Notes: generated by a model from the sequence alone, not told the origin. A stretch of DNA of 64,000 nucleotides from an uncultured Candidatus Saccharibacteria bacterium (GCA_964573095.1 CAZNIK010000002.1:71230-135229); one strand, 5' to 3'. Positions 16,221-26,623 are shown, counted from the stretch's first letter. Numbers and translations are program-made.

Positions 16221-18425
16221 TTACTTGGTCCCAAGTTGGTGGCTAGAATCGTCGTCCGGCATGTCGTCGTATACTTCGTCTCCTGGACTCGAAACGTCTC
16301 CCCCAAATACATCATCCATGCTACTGACCAACACTTCGCGGGGACGCGCACCGTCGGCTGGACCTACAATTCCCTGCTCTTCCATGCTTTCTATCAATCT
16401 CGCTGCTCGGGCATAGCCAACGCGCAGACGACGCTGCAGCAAGCTCGTGCTGGCTTTGCGGCCATCAATAACAACCTTAACTGCATCCCGAAACAAATCG
16501 TCATCCCCATCAGCCCCCGAATCGACGACAATCCCACCCTTACCGTTAAGTTGCACTGGCATGCTCACCACTTCTTCGTCGTACATTGGCGGACGTTGCT
16601 CTCGAATAAAATCAGTTATTTTGGCTGTTTCATCCTCGCCAATAAATGCGGCTTGCACGCGCTTTGGCTTTGGCATTGAGGCGTTGATGTAGAGCATGTC
16701 ACCAAGCCCTAGTAACTTTTCTGCGCCGCTTTGGTCCAAAATAATTCTCGATTCGACCTCTTGCGACACCGTAAAAGAAATGCGCGCCGGAATGTTTGCC
16801 TTAATAAGTCCCGTAATAACCGTCACACGCGGACTCTGCGTAGCCAGAATAAGGTGAATGCCTGCCGCTCGCGCTTTTTGAGCCAGCCGGACAACCAAGG
16901 CCTCGACGTCTCGCGCCGCCATCATCATCAGATCAGCCAGTTCATCAATCACAATCACAATGTACGGCATGCTATCTTGATCTTTTAAGTTGTTATACTC
17001 GGCAATATTGCGCTTCCCAACGCCCGCCATTGTTCGCAAACGTCGTTCCATTTCGGCGACTGCCCATTTTAGAGCACTAATACATTTTTCGGGCTCATTG
17101 ATAACCGGTGTCAGAAGGTGCGGTAGATCGTTGTAGGGAGTAAGTTCGACTTGTTTCGGGTCAATAAGAATCAGTTTTAGATCGGACGGCGAGTTACGGA
17201 ACAAAAAACTGGTGAGAATATCGTTAATCATGACCGACTTACCGGATCCAGTTTGACCCGCGACAAGCAGGTGGGGCATTTTGGCCAAGTCCCCAACCAT
17301 TGGTTTCCCAACAATATCTTTCCCAATAACAAAACTAAGTGGACCCGTTGACGCCGACCACTCGGGTGAGCTTACCACGCTACTCATCCGCACAATTGCC
17401 GGCTTGAAGTTCGGCACCTCGATACCCACCAAACGCTTGCCTGGTATTGGGGCTTCGATTCGAATGGAGTGTGCCGCAAGATCAAGTGCCAAATTGTTCT
17501 CGAGGGCAGTTATTTTTGTCAGTTTTACCCCGGTTGGCGGTTTCAGCGTGTACTGGGTGACTCTTGGCCCGACGTTTGCCCCTTCCATGTCGACTGGAAT
17601 ATTAAAGTTGGCAAATGTTTCACGAATCGCAACCGCATTGCCCTCGACATCACCCGCGTCGGCTTTTTCTTGTTTCTGATTGAGTAAATTTACATCGGGA
17701 AATTTCCAATCTGGATCGCTGGCTGTGGTCAGCGCCTGGTGATTTTCTGCCGCCGTGAGTTTTGCCGCCGTATTCTTAAGTGTCGACAAGCGCGGCGCTT
17801 CTTCTCCTGTGCTTCGCTCCATCGGCACACCCTCGTTTAGCTTAAACGAGCCCTTTGCTTTGAGCGTTTCTAGGTCGCTGTCTTCTTGCTTTTTGCGACT
17901 AAAAATATCGCCAACCTTAAGTAACACCTTTGGCGAAATGCCAAACGATAACATAAACGTCAGCATCGCTACGACTGCAAATAACAAGCTCGCCGGAATA
18001 GTATTGAGTGCTTGAAGCACAATTCCGCCCACTAATTCGCCGGCATGCCCACCATTTCCACCGCTTAATTCAGCTGTCGAATCCTTTTGCGCAAACGCCA
18101 CGTGGAACAACACGCTCATCGAGATGACAAACGTAGTCATACTTACCAACTTGCCAAGCGGTATCTGTCTGTCTTCGCTCTTAAATTTATGAACGCCAAA
18201 ATAAAATAGCGCCAGAGATGTAAAATAGGCCGCCCAGCCAAGTGTCCAGTACACCCCATTAAACATATTGACTGGCAATGGGCCACCCGCCCCAAAGCCA
18301 CCAATCAAAAGAAAAACCGCCAGAAGCATTAATACAATTGCGCCCGCCAGAGGCCAAAATGTGGATTCACTTTTGGCTTCTTTGTGTGCGACTTTTTTCT
18401 TTGACTGCTTTTTCTTTTTTGCCAT
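16221..18425 (-). CDS. ftsK: DNA translocase FtsK/SpoIIIE
   Basis: N-terminal TM helices, Walker A GQTGSGKS and a C-terminal gamma-like wHTH (TSLLQRRLRVGYARAARLIESMEEQGIV). Start taken at ATG 18425 (MAKKKK); the track uses TTG 18440. Confidence 0.95.
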   Translation of the reverse strand: MAKKKKQSKKKVAHKEAKSESTFWPLAGAIVLMLLAVFLLIGGFGAGGPLPVNMFNGVYWTLGWAAYFTSLALFYFGVHKFKSEDRQIPLGKLVSMTTFVISMSVLFHVAFAQKDSTAELSGGNGGHAGELVGGIVLQALNTIPASLLFAVVAMLTFMLSFGISPKVLLKVGDIFSRKKQEDSDLETLKAKGSFKLNEGVPMERSTGEEAPRLSTLKNTAAKLTAAENHQALTTASDPDWKFPDVNLLNQKQEKADAGDVEGNAVAIRETFANFNIPVDMEGANVGPRVTQYTLKPPTGVKLTKITALENNLALDLAAHSIRIEAPIPGKRLVGIEVPNFKPAIVRMSSVVSSPEWSASTGPLSFVIGKDIVGKPMVGDLAKMPHLLVAGQTGSGKSVMINDILTSFLFRNSPSDLKLILIDPKQVELTPYNDLPHLLTPVINEPEKCISALKWAVAEMERRLRTMAGVGKRNIAEYNNLKDQDSMPYIVIVIDELADLMMMAARDVEALVVRLAQKARAAGIHLILATQSPRVTVITGLIKANIPARISFTVSQEVESRIILDQSGAEKLLGLGDMLYINASMPKPKRVQAAFIGEDETAKITDFIREQRPPMYDEEVVSMPVQLNGKGGIVVDSGADGDDDLFRDAVKVVIDGRKASTSLLQRRLRVGYARAARLIESMEEQGIVGPADGARPREVLVSSMDDVFGGDVSSPGDEVYDDMPDDDSSHQLGTK

Positions 18426-18492
18426 CGTAATTTCTACCAATTCATTGTACGATCTTCGGTGATAGAAGTACAGAACTTATCATGATACGTTA

Positions 18493-18521
18493 ATTGTAGC
18501 ACAATTTACTACAAAAGTCAA
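18493..18521 (-). promoter_or_regulatory. Near-consensus promoter TTGACT-17-(TGc)TACAAT upstream of ftsK
   Basis: Minus strand reads ttgact(18521-18516)-17 nt-tacaat(18498-18493), with TG at -15/-14. Confidence 0.6.
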
Positions 18522-18565
18522 TCGCCAAACGGTTAATCGACTTCCTAATAGAATTGCTGGTTTTC

Positions 18566-19708
18566 TTATTTAATAATTTCTTTGGTTAGCGCCCCCACTT
18601 TTGTTGGATAAGCGCTGGTAAAGTAGTGAGTTGCCTCGGGCACGTGAATAACTTTTACTCGTTCGATAAAATCACCTTCTACATCGGTAAATATCGCTAA
18701 TCTTGCCAAGTAATCAGCGGCGTTCTGCCAGGTACTGCCCCGCACTAACTCAGAATTGTTTGGACTCACATAGGTTAGTTTCGCTTCTGATAGTCGGCTC
18801 ATGGCCGATGCGATGTCTGTTGAAAGACCTTCTTGTTTGGCCATAGCCCTCGGTAACTGCCAAAACTTTTGAGTAATGGCCCGATTCCGGTGAAGTTGAG
18901 CGCCAAGAGTTTTTGGCCCCACCATCTCTTCCCACTCTTCCGGCGTATCAAAATTATCATGTGGTCTTAGATATGGGTCCTCGCTGGCTGCGGCGAATTT
19001 TGGAGCATGCCTAACTAGCTCTTTAACCATTCTGCGACCGAGCTTACGCGCTCCAAAAGCTGACTGCCCGGGTGGATCGATTACTCCCAGCCTCTCGACA
19101 TTATCAACAGCACTGCTACGACCAATGCCCAGAGCATAACGACCCCCCGTTGACGTCCCCATGTAGACGCGAGGATAGTGATTTTCGGCAGCGAGGGCAC
19201 GGCTAATAATTGCGCCCGCTTTGTCAAATTCCCCTGTCGCGAGCGTATGCTCCATAACTTTTGATGGTAGCTTATCCGAAAAACCCGACCCTGGATTATC
19301 GATAATCACAAAAGGTGTTTCGGGACTCATAGCCGCCGCTACAGCAAACTCTCGCCTGTTTCCGCCATTCGTTTCCATTGACGATGTCCAGGTGGTAATA
19401 ATTGCCGTTAATTTTTCGGGGTTTGTTCTTAGTTGATCTTGGTTAGCCCAATAGGTCGAGACTCGGTTTTCCGTAACTGGATCTTCTAAAACCTCCCGGC
19501 TATCCAGAAAATGGCCATAATTATCTAGAAACCTGGCGTGATCAATTGTTGGTTCATCGAGTGCAAGCTTCCATCTATTTTGAATAATTGGCAACTCTAG
19601 ATCATTTGGGTTAATGCCATGTGCGTAGGTGTCAACAAACGTCGTCAGATCAACATTCAATGGCTCCCTATTAAGATATCCGTAATCAATAGCTTCTCGC
19701 GAACTCAT
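18566..19708 (-). CDS. Alpha/beta-hydrolase-fold protein, distant paralogue of 5258-6298
   Basis: 380 aa. GxSxG (MGTSTGGRYALG), an upstream DNPGSGFS segment and a C-terminal His (EATHYF). The motif order matches the 5258-6298 product. Confidence 0.7.
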   Translation of the reverse strand: MSSREAIDYGYLNREPLNVDLTTFVDTYAHGINPNDLELPIIQNRWKLALDEPTIDHARFLDNYGHFLDSREVLEDPVTENRVSTYWANQDQLRTNPEKLTAIITTWTSSMETNGGNRREFAVAAAMSPETPFVIIDNPGSGFSDKLPSKVMEHTLATGEFDKAGAIISRALAAENHYPRVYMGTSTGGRYALGIGRSSAVDNVERLGVIDPPGQSAFGARKLGRRMVKELVRHAPKFAAASEDPYLRPHDNFDTPEEWEEMVGPKTLGAQLHRNRAITQKFWQLPRAMAKQEGLSTDIASAMSRLSEAKLTYVSPNNSELVRGSTWQNAADYLARLAIFTDVEGDFIERVKVIHVPEATHYFTSAYPTKVGALTKEIIK

Positions 19709-19716
19709 ATAGATAT

Positions 19717-19745
19717 ACTATACTATTTCTACATAGTTTTGTCAA
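19717..19745 (-). promoter_or_regulatory. Consensus-like promoter TTGACA-17-TATAGT, 8 nt before ATG 19708 (leaderless)
   Basis: Minus strand reads ttgaca(19745-19740)-17 nt-tatagt(19722-19717)-atatctat-ATG. Confidence 0.6.
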
Positions 19746-19779
19746 TGATTATGCTTGGGGTGAGCCTACCTAGGCAAAT

Positions 19780-21822
19780 TTAGTCTGTTCGGGCGTCTTG
19801 GTTGAGCAGCTTGGAGCGCATTTGGGCAAATCGTTTCTGCATATCAGCGGCTTGTTCTTCTGGCGTTGGGGCTTTTTTGCCATTTGGCGGGGCCGCACTC
19901 CTCGATTGAAGCTGTTTTCCGCCGACGACGTTTACAACTGGAATAACAATCGGACTTCTGCCGGTTTGTTCGTACAAAAAGTGGGTGACGTGTTCCTTGA
20001 GCTCTATCTTGAACCTATCAAGATCGACTCGCTTAAAGCGCTGAGAGACAGCTCGTTTTAGTTCAATTCTAAAAGCATTCATCAGTTCTTCTTGACCCTT
20101 CATATATATAAAGCCTCGACTAATAATGTCTGGGCTGGTCATGAGTTGGCCAGTTTTTTTATCGACCGTAAGCACAACGGCTACAAGGCCTTCGTTTGCC
20201 AGCATAAGTCGATCTTTGACCACAACATTGCTGACGATGGCGCCAGTCTGGTCAACCAGGATTGTACCGGAAGGTACGCGTCCCAAAATCTCCATCTTGC
20301 CGCCACCGATGCCGATAACATCACCGTTCTCGGCATTGAGTGTTCGGGCTCGAGGTATTCCCTCTTCGACCGCGAGCTCGATGTGGCGCTGCTTTACTCT
20401 ATAAGCACCGTAAATCGGTACAAAGAATTCTGGTCGAGTCATAGTAATCATCTCTTTGAACTCATCTTGACTGGCATGACCTGATACGTGCAGAGGGCCA
20501 GCACCATCGATGCCATGAGTCTCGTGACGGTACACATGCACACCTTTTCGCATAAGGTCGTCGACCATATTGCCAACGAGAGCGTCGTTGCCTGATTCTG
20601 GGATTGGCGTCGAACTGAGTACGACCGTATCTTGGGGTTTCAGCTTTATATGTTTGTGATCACCGCTCGCCATACGTTGTAGAGCTGAGTTAGGCTCTCC
20701 CTGCGAACCTGTACAAACTACCACGACATCTTGGTCTTTGAGCGTCGGGACTGTCGCGATCGGGACAATAGTGCCCTTTGGTATCTTCACAAAACCATAC
20801 CGGACGGCCATCTCGAGAGTACTCACGAGACTTCTGCCGTCGAGGGCAATCCGCTTGTTGTGGTGAACAGCGGCATTGATGATCATCTGAATACGGTTGA
20901 TATTGGTCGAGAACATCGCCATAAAGGTTCGCCCTGGGGCTTGCTCCATGATGTCAACAAAGCTTTGTTCGATAGTACTTTCGCTCGGCGTTCTGCCAGG
21001 CCTTTCACAGGTAGTACTTTCGCTCAGCAACGCCAATACGCCCTCCTTACCCAGTTCTAGCAGTCTTTCGGTGTCAGTTTTTTCATGGTCAAGTGGATTG
21101 GGATCGAGTCGAAAGTCGCCAGTGTTAATAATTCGGCCGACAGGCGTATCGAGCACCACGCAGGTGCTTCCTGGTATTGAGTGCGTGACCCGTACGAGCT
21201 CGACAAAAAATTCACCAATTTTTAGTCGCTCGTGAGTGTCTTCGTTGAGCATAACAGTTTTTAGCTCAAAGCCTTCAGGCATTGGCAGACCAAAATTCTC
21301 GAATATTTCTTCGACGCGGCCGATAGTAAACTTGCTACCATAAATTGGTGCTGGATATAGTGGCACTATGTGCGGTAAGCCGCCAATGTGATCAAGGTGA
21401 CCGTGAGTGATAATATAGGCCTTTAATTTGTGTTTTATGGTTTCAAGATAAGCCATATCCGAAATCCCGTAATTGATGCCTGGCAGGTCAACACCTAGGT
21501 CACTGCCGCAATCGATGACGACTGCATCGTTTTTATATTCGACAATTAGGCAGTTTTTTGAGCCACCGCCGTCCATACCACCAAGACCAATAACTTTTAG
21601 CTTGGGACTATCGTCGATAAAGTTTGCCCGAACCCCTGGTTCGTTGGTTGCATTTTCGGCAGTCAAATATTGGCTCGCGATTCGATGCGCATCTTCGGCT
21701 GTCCGTTTCTGGGCTCGAATTGCGGCTCCGCGACTTACTGAACGGCCGTTCATTGGCGAACTATTGCCGTTGTTCTGGGCACCATTCTTTGGTTTTGATT
21801 TGTTTGGTTGATTGTTCTTCAT
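19780..21822 (-). CDS. rnj: Ribonuclease J
   Basis: Metallo-beta-lactamase motif HGHLDHIGG and a beta-CASP-like body. Has a basic, low-complexity N-terminal extension of about 70 aa and a C-terminal tail. Confidence 0.9.
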   Translation of the reverse strand: MKNNQPNKSKPKNGAQNNGNSSPMNGRSVSRGAAIRAQKRTAEDAHRIASQYLTAENATNEPGVRANFIDDSPKLKVIGLGGMDGGGSKNCLIVEYKNDAVVIDCGSDLGVDLPGINYGISDMAYLETIKHKLKAYIITHGHLDHIGGLPHIVPLYPAPIYGSKFTIGRVEEIFENFGLPMPEGFELKTVMLNEDTHERLKIGEFFVELVRVTHSIPGSTCVVLDTPVGRIINTGDFRLDPNPLDHEKTDTERLLELGKEGVLALLSESTTCERPGRTPSESTIEQSFVDIMEQAPGRTFMAMFSTNINRIQMIINAAVHHNKRIALDGRSLVSTLEMAVRYGFVKIPKGTIVPIATVPTLKDQDVVVVCTGSQGEPNSALQRMASGDHKHIKLKPQDTVVLSSTPIPESGNDALVGNMVDDLMRKGVHVYRHETHGIDGAGPLHVSGHASQDEFKEMITMTRPEFFVPIYGAYRVKQRHIELAVEEGIPRARTLNAENGDVIGIGGGKMEILGRVPSGTILVDQTGAIVSNVVVKDRLMLANEGLVAVVLTVDKKTGQLMTSPDIISRGFIYMKGQEELMNAFRIELKRAVSQRFKRVDLDRFKIELKEHVTHFLYEQTGRSPIVIPVVNVVGGKQLQSRSAAPPNGKKAPTPEEQAADMQKRFAQMRSKLLNQDARTD

Positions 21823-21837
21823 TTGTGAGGTTTTCTC

Positions 21838-22434
21838 CTATTTAGTAGTTTCAATTTGATTAATAATTTCTGGTAGTAACGAGAAGTCTTCAAACAAGGT
21901 TGTTTTTAGTCCCCCGTTATAGAGCGCAGCTGCGGGATGAAACAACGGAAGTATGACAACTTTTCGATCACCAAGCGTAATTCGTTTTGGTTGACCGTGA
22001 ATTTCACTTATCCGTCGACCAGGAAGAAAATATTCCATACTATGTCTTCCTAGTGTGGCAATAATTATCGGTTGAATAACGTTGAGTTCTTGGATAAGAA
22101 ATGGCCAAAATGCCCGCTTTTCCTCTGGCAACGGATCTCGATTCCCTGGGGGCCGATATTTAACGATGTTGGTAATGTAGACATCGTCCCGCTTTAGGTT
22201 GACCGTCTGCAGCATTTCATCAAGCAACTTCCCGGCCGCCCCAACGAAAGGTGCGCCTTGAAGGTCTTCGTTTTTACCGGGGGCTTCACCAATAAATACC
22301 AGTTTCGCTTTTGAATTTCCATGGCCCATCACCAACTGCGTTGCAGATTGAGCCAAATCTGGACAGATATTACTTGCGACAATATCTGCCTTGATCTGAT
22401 CAAGCTTTTTTGTGGTGCTTTTTGCTTCTGACAT
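21838..22434 (-). CDS. udg: Family-4-type uracil-DNA glycosylase
   Basis: GEAPGKNEDLQGAPFVGAAGKLLD and ITNIVKYRPP motifs. Confidence 0.85.
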   Translation of the reverse strand: MSEAKSTTKKLDQIKADIVASNICPDLAQSATQLVMGHGNSKAKLVFIGEAPGKNEDLQGAPFVGAAGKLLDEMLQTVNLKRDDVYITNIVKYRPPGNRDPLPEEKRAFWPFLIQELNVIQPIIIATLGRHSMEYFLPGRRISEIHGQPKRITLGDRKVVILPLFHPAAALYNGGLKTTLFEDFSLLPEIINQIETTK

Positions 22435-22645
22435 GTGGTTTGTGAACTAATTTGGTGTGGCGATGGAACAAACGGACGATATTACTAATTACCCCCACAA
22501 AGAGCACAATGGCCAGCGCATATTGCCAAAGGCTTCCGGTGTCGATTGCCCGGCTGACTATCACATAAAAAAGCAGAAACTCAACCACTGCAAAAGTGCC
22601 ATAACCTAGCGGGGTCGCATGAAAATCGTTAATATCTCTAAGCAC
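22400..22645 (-). CDS. Small two-helix membrane protein (hypothetical)
   Basis: Track ORF, 81 aa. Two hydrophobic helices and a basic tail. Overlaps the pnp stop by 8 nt and the udg start by 35 nt. Confidence 0.4.
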   Translation of the reverse strand: MLRDINDFHATPLGYGTFAVVEFLLFYVIVSRAIDTGSLWQYALAIVLFVGVISNIVRLFHRHTKLVHKPHVRSKKHHKKA

Positions 22646-24767
22646 CGTTTTCCCTTTTGGCTTCTTTCATACTGAGTTGAAGCCGGCCTTTTTCGTCGAT
22701 GGCAACCAGTTTCACGTCGACCAAATCTCCCTCTTTGACAACGTCACCTGGTTTTTCAACTCGCTCGTCCCTCATTGCACTTACGTGCACAAGGCCGTCT
22801 TTGCCTGGCAAAATTTCAACGAAGGCACCAAAGTCGAGTACGCTAACCACTTTTGCGCCTTTGTAAATCTTTCCTACCTCAGGTTCTTCGGTTAACCGCT
22901 GAACCCATGCGATGGCGGCGTCAATGCTCGTTTTATCGGGGCTTGCAATCATGACGGTGCCGTCGTCTTTAATGTCAATCTCGGCACCGGTCTCAGCAAT
23001 TATCTTATTAATTGTCTCGCCGCCCTTACCGATGACTTCCCTAATTTTTTCGGGATTGATCTTGATCGCCTCTACTCGCGGCGCAAACGGACTGAGCTCG
23101 ATGTTCGGCTTGGGAATGGTCTCTAGCATGTGTTTTAGAATATGATCCCTGCCAAGCTTTGCTTTTAGGAGCGCTTCTTTCAAAACTGACACTGGCAAAC
23201 CGTGAACTTTCATGTCCATCTGAAGCGCGGTGATGCCCTTGGTCGTGCCGGTTGCCTTAAAGTCCATATCACCCGCAAAATCTTCAGCATCAGCGATATC
23301 CGACAAAATTATTGCCCTATCTCCATCAAGCATCAAGCCCATTGCAATACCACTTACTGGCGCTTTTAGGGGCACACCGGCGTCCATCAGCGCGAGGGTT
23401 GATGAGCAAGTTGCTGCCATTGAAGTACTTCCGTTTTGGCTCATGATCTCTGTAACCGAACGAATGGTGTACGGAAATTCGGCTTCATCTGGCAACACTG
23501 CGTCTAAGGCTCTTTCGGCCAAATAGCCGTGTCCGATCTCGCGTCGACCAGGACTTCCAAGGCGACGCACTTCACCAACAGTGTAGCCCGGTGCGTTGTA
23601 ATGATGAAGATATCGACGCTCGGCGTCACGCTCCATGGTATCCACCAGCTGCACATAGCTAAGTGGTGCAAGAGTAACCACATTGAGAGCTTGGGTCATT
23701 CCTCGAGTAAAGAGGCTTGATCCATGCGCCCTCGGCAAAAACCCGACTTCACTTTCGAGTGATCGAATTTCATCGAGCGCTCTACCGTCTGGGCGAGTGC
23801 CACTTTCGACAATGTGTTTGCGAACGTCTTTGTGGAGCGCAAGCGTAAAAGCGTCGTCATATTCTTGACGAAGCGCTTTATAATCTTCCTCTCCAACTTC
23901 AGTCTCAAAGTGATCGTGCATACCCTGGCGAAGATCTGCCACGAGCTGATTTCGCTCTGGATATGGTGCGTGAAGATTTTTGCCTAATTTACCGTCTACC
24001 CACGAATCAACGGTGGCCTGGATTTTTTCATCGGGAAGACTCAACTCAAACTCACGCTTTGCAACACCAACTTTCTTGGCAAGCTCGTTTTGAAGCGTAA
24101 TTGCAGGCTGCATAGCATGGTGGGCGTACTCAATTGCGTCAGCCACCTGCTCTTCGCTGACTTCCTGGGCACCCGCCTCGACCATCATTACACCGCGCTG
24201 CGTGCCGGCAACCACAAGATCTAAAGGACTTTTTTCGAGTGCCTCTGGTGTCATAAAGGCCCGAAAGTCATCATTCTCAATTCCGATTCGGAGTCCAGCA
24301 ACCGGACCCTCAAAAGGAGCGCCCGTCATCACAAACGCCGCACTCATAGCGATCATCGCAATCATATCTGGCCGAAACGTCGGATCCATACTTAGAATCG
24401 TCGCGACGCCTTGGGCCTCATGACGATAGCCCTTCGGCCAAAGCGGCCGAATTGGTCGATCTATAAGCCGACCAATTAATATTGCATCGTCACTTGGACG
24501 ACCCTCGCGCTTGATAAACCGACTGCCGCTGATTTTTCCTGCGGCATACATTTTTTCTTCGTAGTCGATGCTTAAGGGGAAATAATCAAATCCCTCTAAT
24601 TTTTGAGTACCGACCATGGCCGTACCCAAAACGACGGTCTCGCCGTAGCGAGCAATGACGCTCGCACTCGTCCGAAACCCAACTCGGCCGACTTCAAGCG
24701 TGAGCGTTTTCCCACAAAAATCAGTCGAAACGCTTATGATGTCCTTACCTATGATGTTTTTTGCCAT
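22638..24767 (-). CDS. pnp: Polyribonucleotide nucleotidyltransferase (PNPase)
   Basis: 709 aa with two RNase PH domains, KH and S1. Confidence 0.97.
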   Translation of the reverse strand: MAKNIIGKDIISVSTDFCGKTLTLEVGRVGFRTSASVIARYGETVVLGTAMVGTQKLEGFDYFPLSIDYEEKMYAAGKISGSRFIKREGRPSDDAILIGRLIDRPIRPLWPKGYRHEAQGVATILSMDPTFRPDMIAMIAMSAAFVMTGAPFEGPVAGLRIGIENDDFRAFMTPEALEKSPLDLVVAGTQRGVMMVEAGAQEVSEEQVADAIEYAHHAMQPAITLQNELAKKVGVAKREFELSLPDEKIQATVDSWVDGKLGKNLHAPYPERNQLVADLRQGMHDHFETEVGEEDYKALRQEYDDAFTLALHKDVRKHIVESGTRPDGRALDEIRSLESEVGFLPRAHGSSLFTRGMTQALNVVTLAPLSYVQLVDTMERDAERRYLHHYNAPGYTVGEVRRLGSPGRREIGHGYLAERALDAVLPDEAEFPYTIRSVTEIMSQNGSTSMAATCSSTLALMDAGVPLKAPVSGIAMGLMLDGDRAIILSDIADAEDFAGDMDFKATGTTKGITALQMDMKVHGLPVSVLKEALLKAKLGRDHILKHMLETIPKPNIELSPFAPRVEAIKINPEKIREVIGKGGETINKIIAETGAEIDIKDDGTVMIASPDKTSIDAAIAWVQRLTEEPEVGKIYKGAKVVSVLDFGAFVEILPGKDGLVHVSAMRDERVEKPGDVVKEGDLVDVKLVAIDEKGRLQLSMKEAKRENGA

Positions 24768-24949
24768 TTCTCGTCCTTTTCCTCGTCGACTCGATTCAAA
24801 TATACACTTAGTAGTATATCTGTAGATCGATCCGACGAATTTTGTTATTAAAAGAGAGCTTTCTCTTTGTTGTTTAACTCTCTGGTTTTAGGACAATTCG
24901 GGGTGCGTTTGCAAAGAATTGTACAAAACGAGAGACTTAAAGAAAAATA

Positions 24950-25216
24950 TTACCTGCGAATGCCTAACTTTTTAATTAGCTCAAGATACGCCTGGCTATC
25001 CTTGGATGCAATATACTTTAGCAGCCGTTTTCGCTTACCAACCATCTGCAGCAACCCTCGTCGGGCCATGTGATCTTTTTTGTTGACCTTAAGGTGTTCA
25101 GTCAGCTCAACGATCCGGGCAGTCAAAATAGCCACCTGCACTTCTGGTGAGCCAGTATCCTTCTTATTGTCACCAAGATCGGCCACAATTTCCTGCTTTT
25201 TCTCTGTAGATATCAT
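24950..25216 (-). CDS. rpsO: 30S ribosomal protein S15
   Basis: [11 protein letters not shown]...[36 protein letters not shown]. The track start at 25246 adds 10 residues. Confidence 0.95.
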   Translation of the reverse strand: MISTEKKQEIVADLGDNKKDTGSPEVQVAILTARIVELTEHLKVNKKDHMARRGLLQMVGKRKRLLKYIASKDSQAYLELIKKLGIRR

Positions 25217-25228
25217 TCGTTGAACACA

Positions 25229-25237
25229 ATTGTAGCA
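25229..25237 (-). promoter_or_regulatory. Extended -10 TGcTACAAT, 12 nt upstream of the rpsO ATG
   Basis: Minus strand reads tgctacaat. Back-to-back with the purA promoter. Confidence 0.5.
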
Positions 25238-25288
25238 CAACTTCATCTGTTAGGCAAGTGTTTGTTGTTCGATAGTATTTGCTTACGC

Positions 25289-25318
25289 TTGCACTTTGCA
25301 ATGGATGTCATTTACTAT
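25289..25318 (+). promoter_or_regulatory. Promoter TTGCAC-18-TACTAT, 9 nt before the purA ATG (leaderless)
   Basis: ttgcac at 25289-25294, tactat at 25313-25318, ATG at 25328. Confidence 0.5.
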
Positions 25319-25327
25319 TACGCCGTA

Positions 25328-26623
25328 ATGTCTATCACAGTACTTGTGGGCGAGCAAAGAGGCGACGAGGGCAAGGGGCGCTTTGTTGACTTGCTCATGC
25401 CCGAATATGAAATTGGTGCCAGGTTTAATGGTGGCGATAACGCTGGCCACACCGTTGTAGTTGATGACTGTGTCTACAAGCTACATGGCCTCCCTACCTC
25501 AATAGTTCATCCTAATAAAAAAAGTGTCATGGGTGAAGGTGTGGTGATTAATCCACTTAATTTGGTCAAAGAAATTGACACTTTGCGAGAACAGGGTGTA
25601 CATATTGGTTGCGACAACCTATTGATAAGCTCAAGTGCTCATCTTATACAACCAAGCCATATTTCTGAAGATGAAATACGAGAGTCTGGCGATGACGCTC
25701 AAGGAAGCACTAAGTCGGGTATAGCGCCGGTGTATGGCCATAAAGCTTATCGCGACCGCGAAAGTATCAGAGCGGAACATATTAATAATAACCCACAGAA
25801 AATATTTGAAGTGGTAGAGAGAGGTTTGCTAAATCAAAGGCATTTACGTGTTGAGGAATGGCAAACAGCAATAGATGAAGAGGCCGTAGCATACGATTAT
25901 GTTGAAGCGGCTCAGAGATTAGGTGAATTCGTTACCGACACATGCTTGTTTTTAAATAGAGAGCTTGAACTAGGCAAAAAGGTGCTTGCAGAGGGCGCCC
26001 AAGCATTTCTACTGGACATAGACCAGGGTATGTACCCATTTGTGACTTCTTCATCAACAATTGCAGGTGGAGCATCCCCTGGACTTGGGGTGTCAACAAA
26101 AGCAATTGATAGAGTTGTTGGGATTTCAAAGGCTATTCAATCACATGTAGGAGGTGGGCCATTTGTGACAGAGATAAATGACCCGCGAGTTCTTGCACGA
26201 ATACACGGCGATATGACTACAGTAGATGCAGAAAGAGGAACAACTACCGGCAGAACTAGACGATTGGGCTTTCTCGATCTTCCTGGTATACGACGCGCTC
26301 AGATGATCAATGAAACAGATGAAATGGCTCTCACAAAGCTTGACTGGGTACCCCGCTTTGGTGACACTATCCCGGTTTGCGTTGCATATGAACGAAAAGG
26401 TAAAACATTAGAATTTTCCCCCAACGCTGCTTATAAGCTAGAGGAGTCTACTCCAATATATGAAGAATTACCTAATTGGCGAAGAGATATATCTGATGTT
26501 CGTAAGTTCAAAGACCTGCCAAAGCCCGCAAAAAGATATGTCAAATATCTCGAAGAGATGACTGGTGTTCCTATATCGATGCTTGGCGTTGGCCCAGAAC
26601 GCGATCAAGTCGTCATTCGATGA
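25328..26623 (+). CDS. purA: Adenylosuccinate synthetase
   Basis: MSITVLVGEQRGDEGKGR (GDEGKG P-loop). The track start at 25220 adds 36 non-conserved residues that overlap the promoter. Confidence 0.95.
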   Translation: MSITVLVGEQRGDEGKGRFVDLLMPEYEIGARFNGGDNAGHTVVVDDCVYKLHGLPTSIVHPNKKSVMGEGVVINPLNLVKEIDTLREQGVHIGCDNLLISSSAHLIQPSHISEDEIRESGDDAQGSTKSGIAPVYGHKAYRDRESIRAEHINNNPQKIFEVVERGLLNQRHLRVEEWQTAIDEEAVAYDYVEAAQRLGEFVTDTCLFLNRELELGKKVLAEGAQAFLLDIDQGMYPFVTSSSTIAGGASPGLGVSTKAIDRVVGISKAIQSHVGGGPFVTEINDPRVLARIHGDMTTVDAERGTTTGRTRRLGFLDLPGIRRAQMINETDEMALTKLDWVPRFGDTIPVCVAYERKGKTLEFSPNAAYKLEESTPIYEELPNWRRDISDVRKFKDLPKPAKRYVKYLEEMTGVPISMLGVGPERDQVVIR

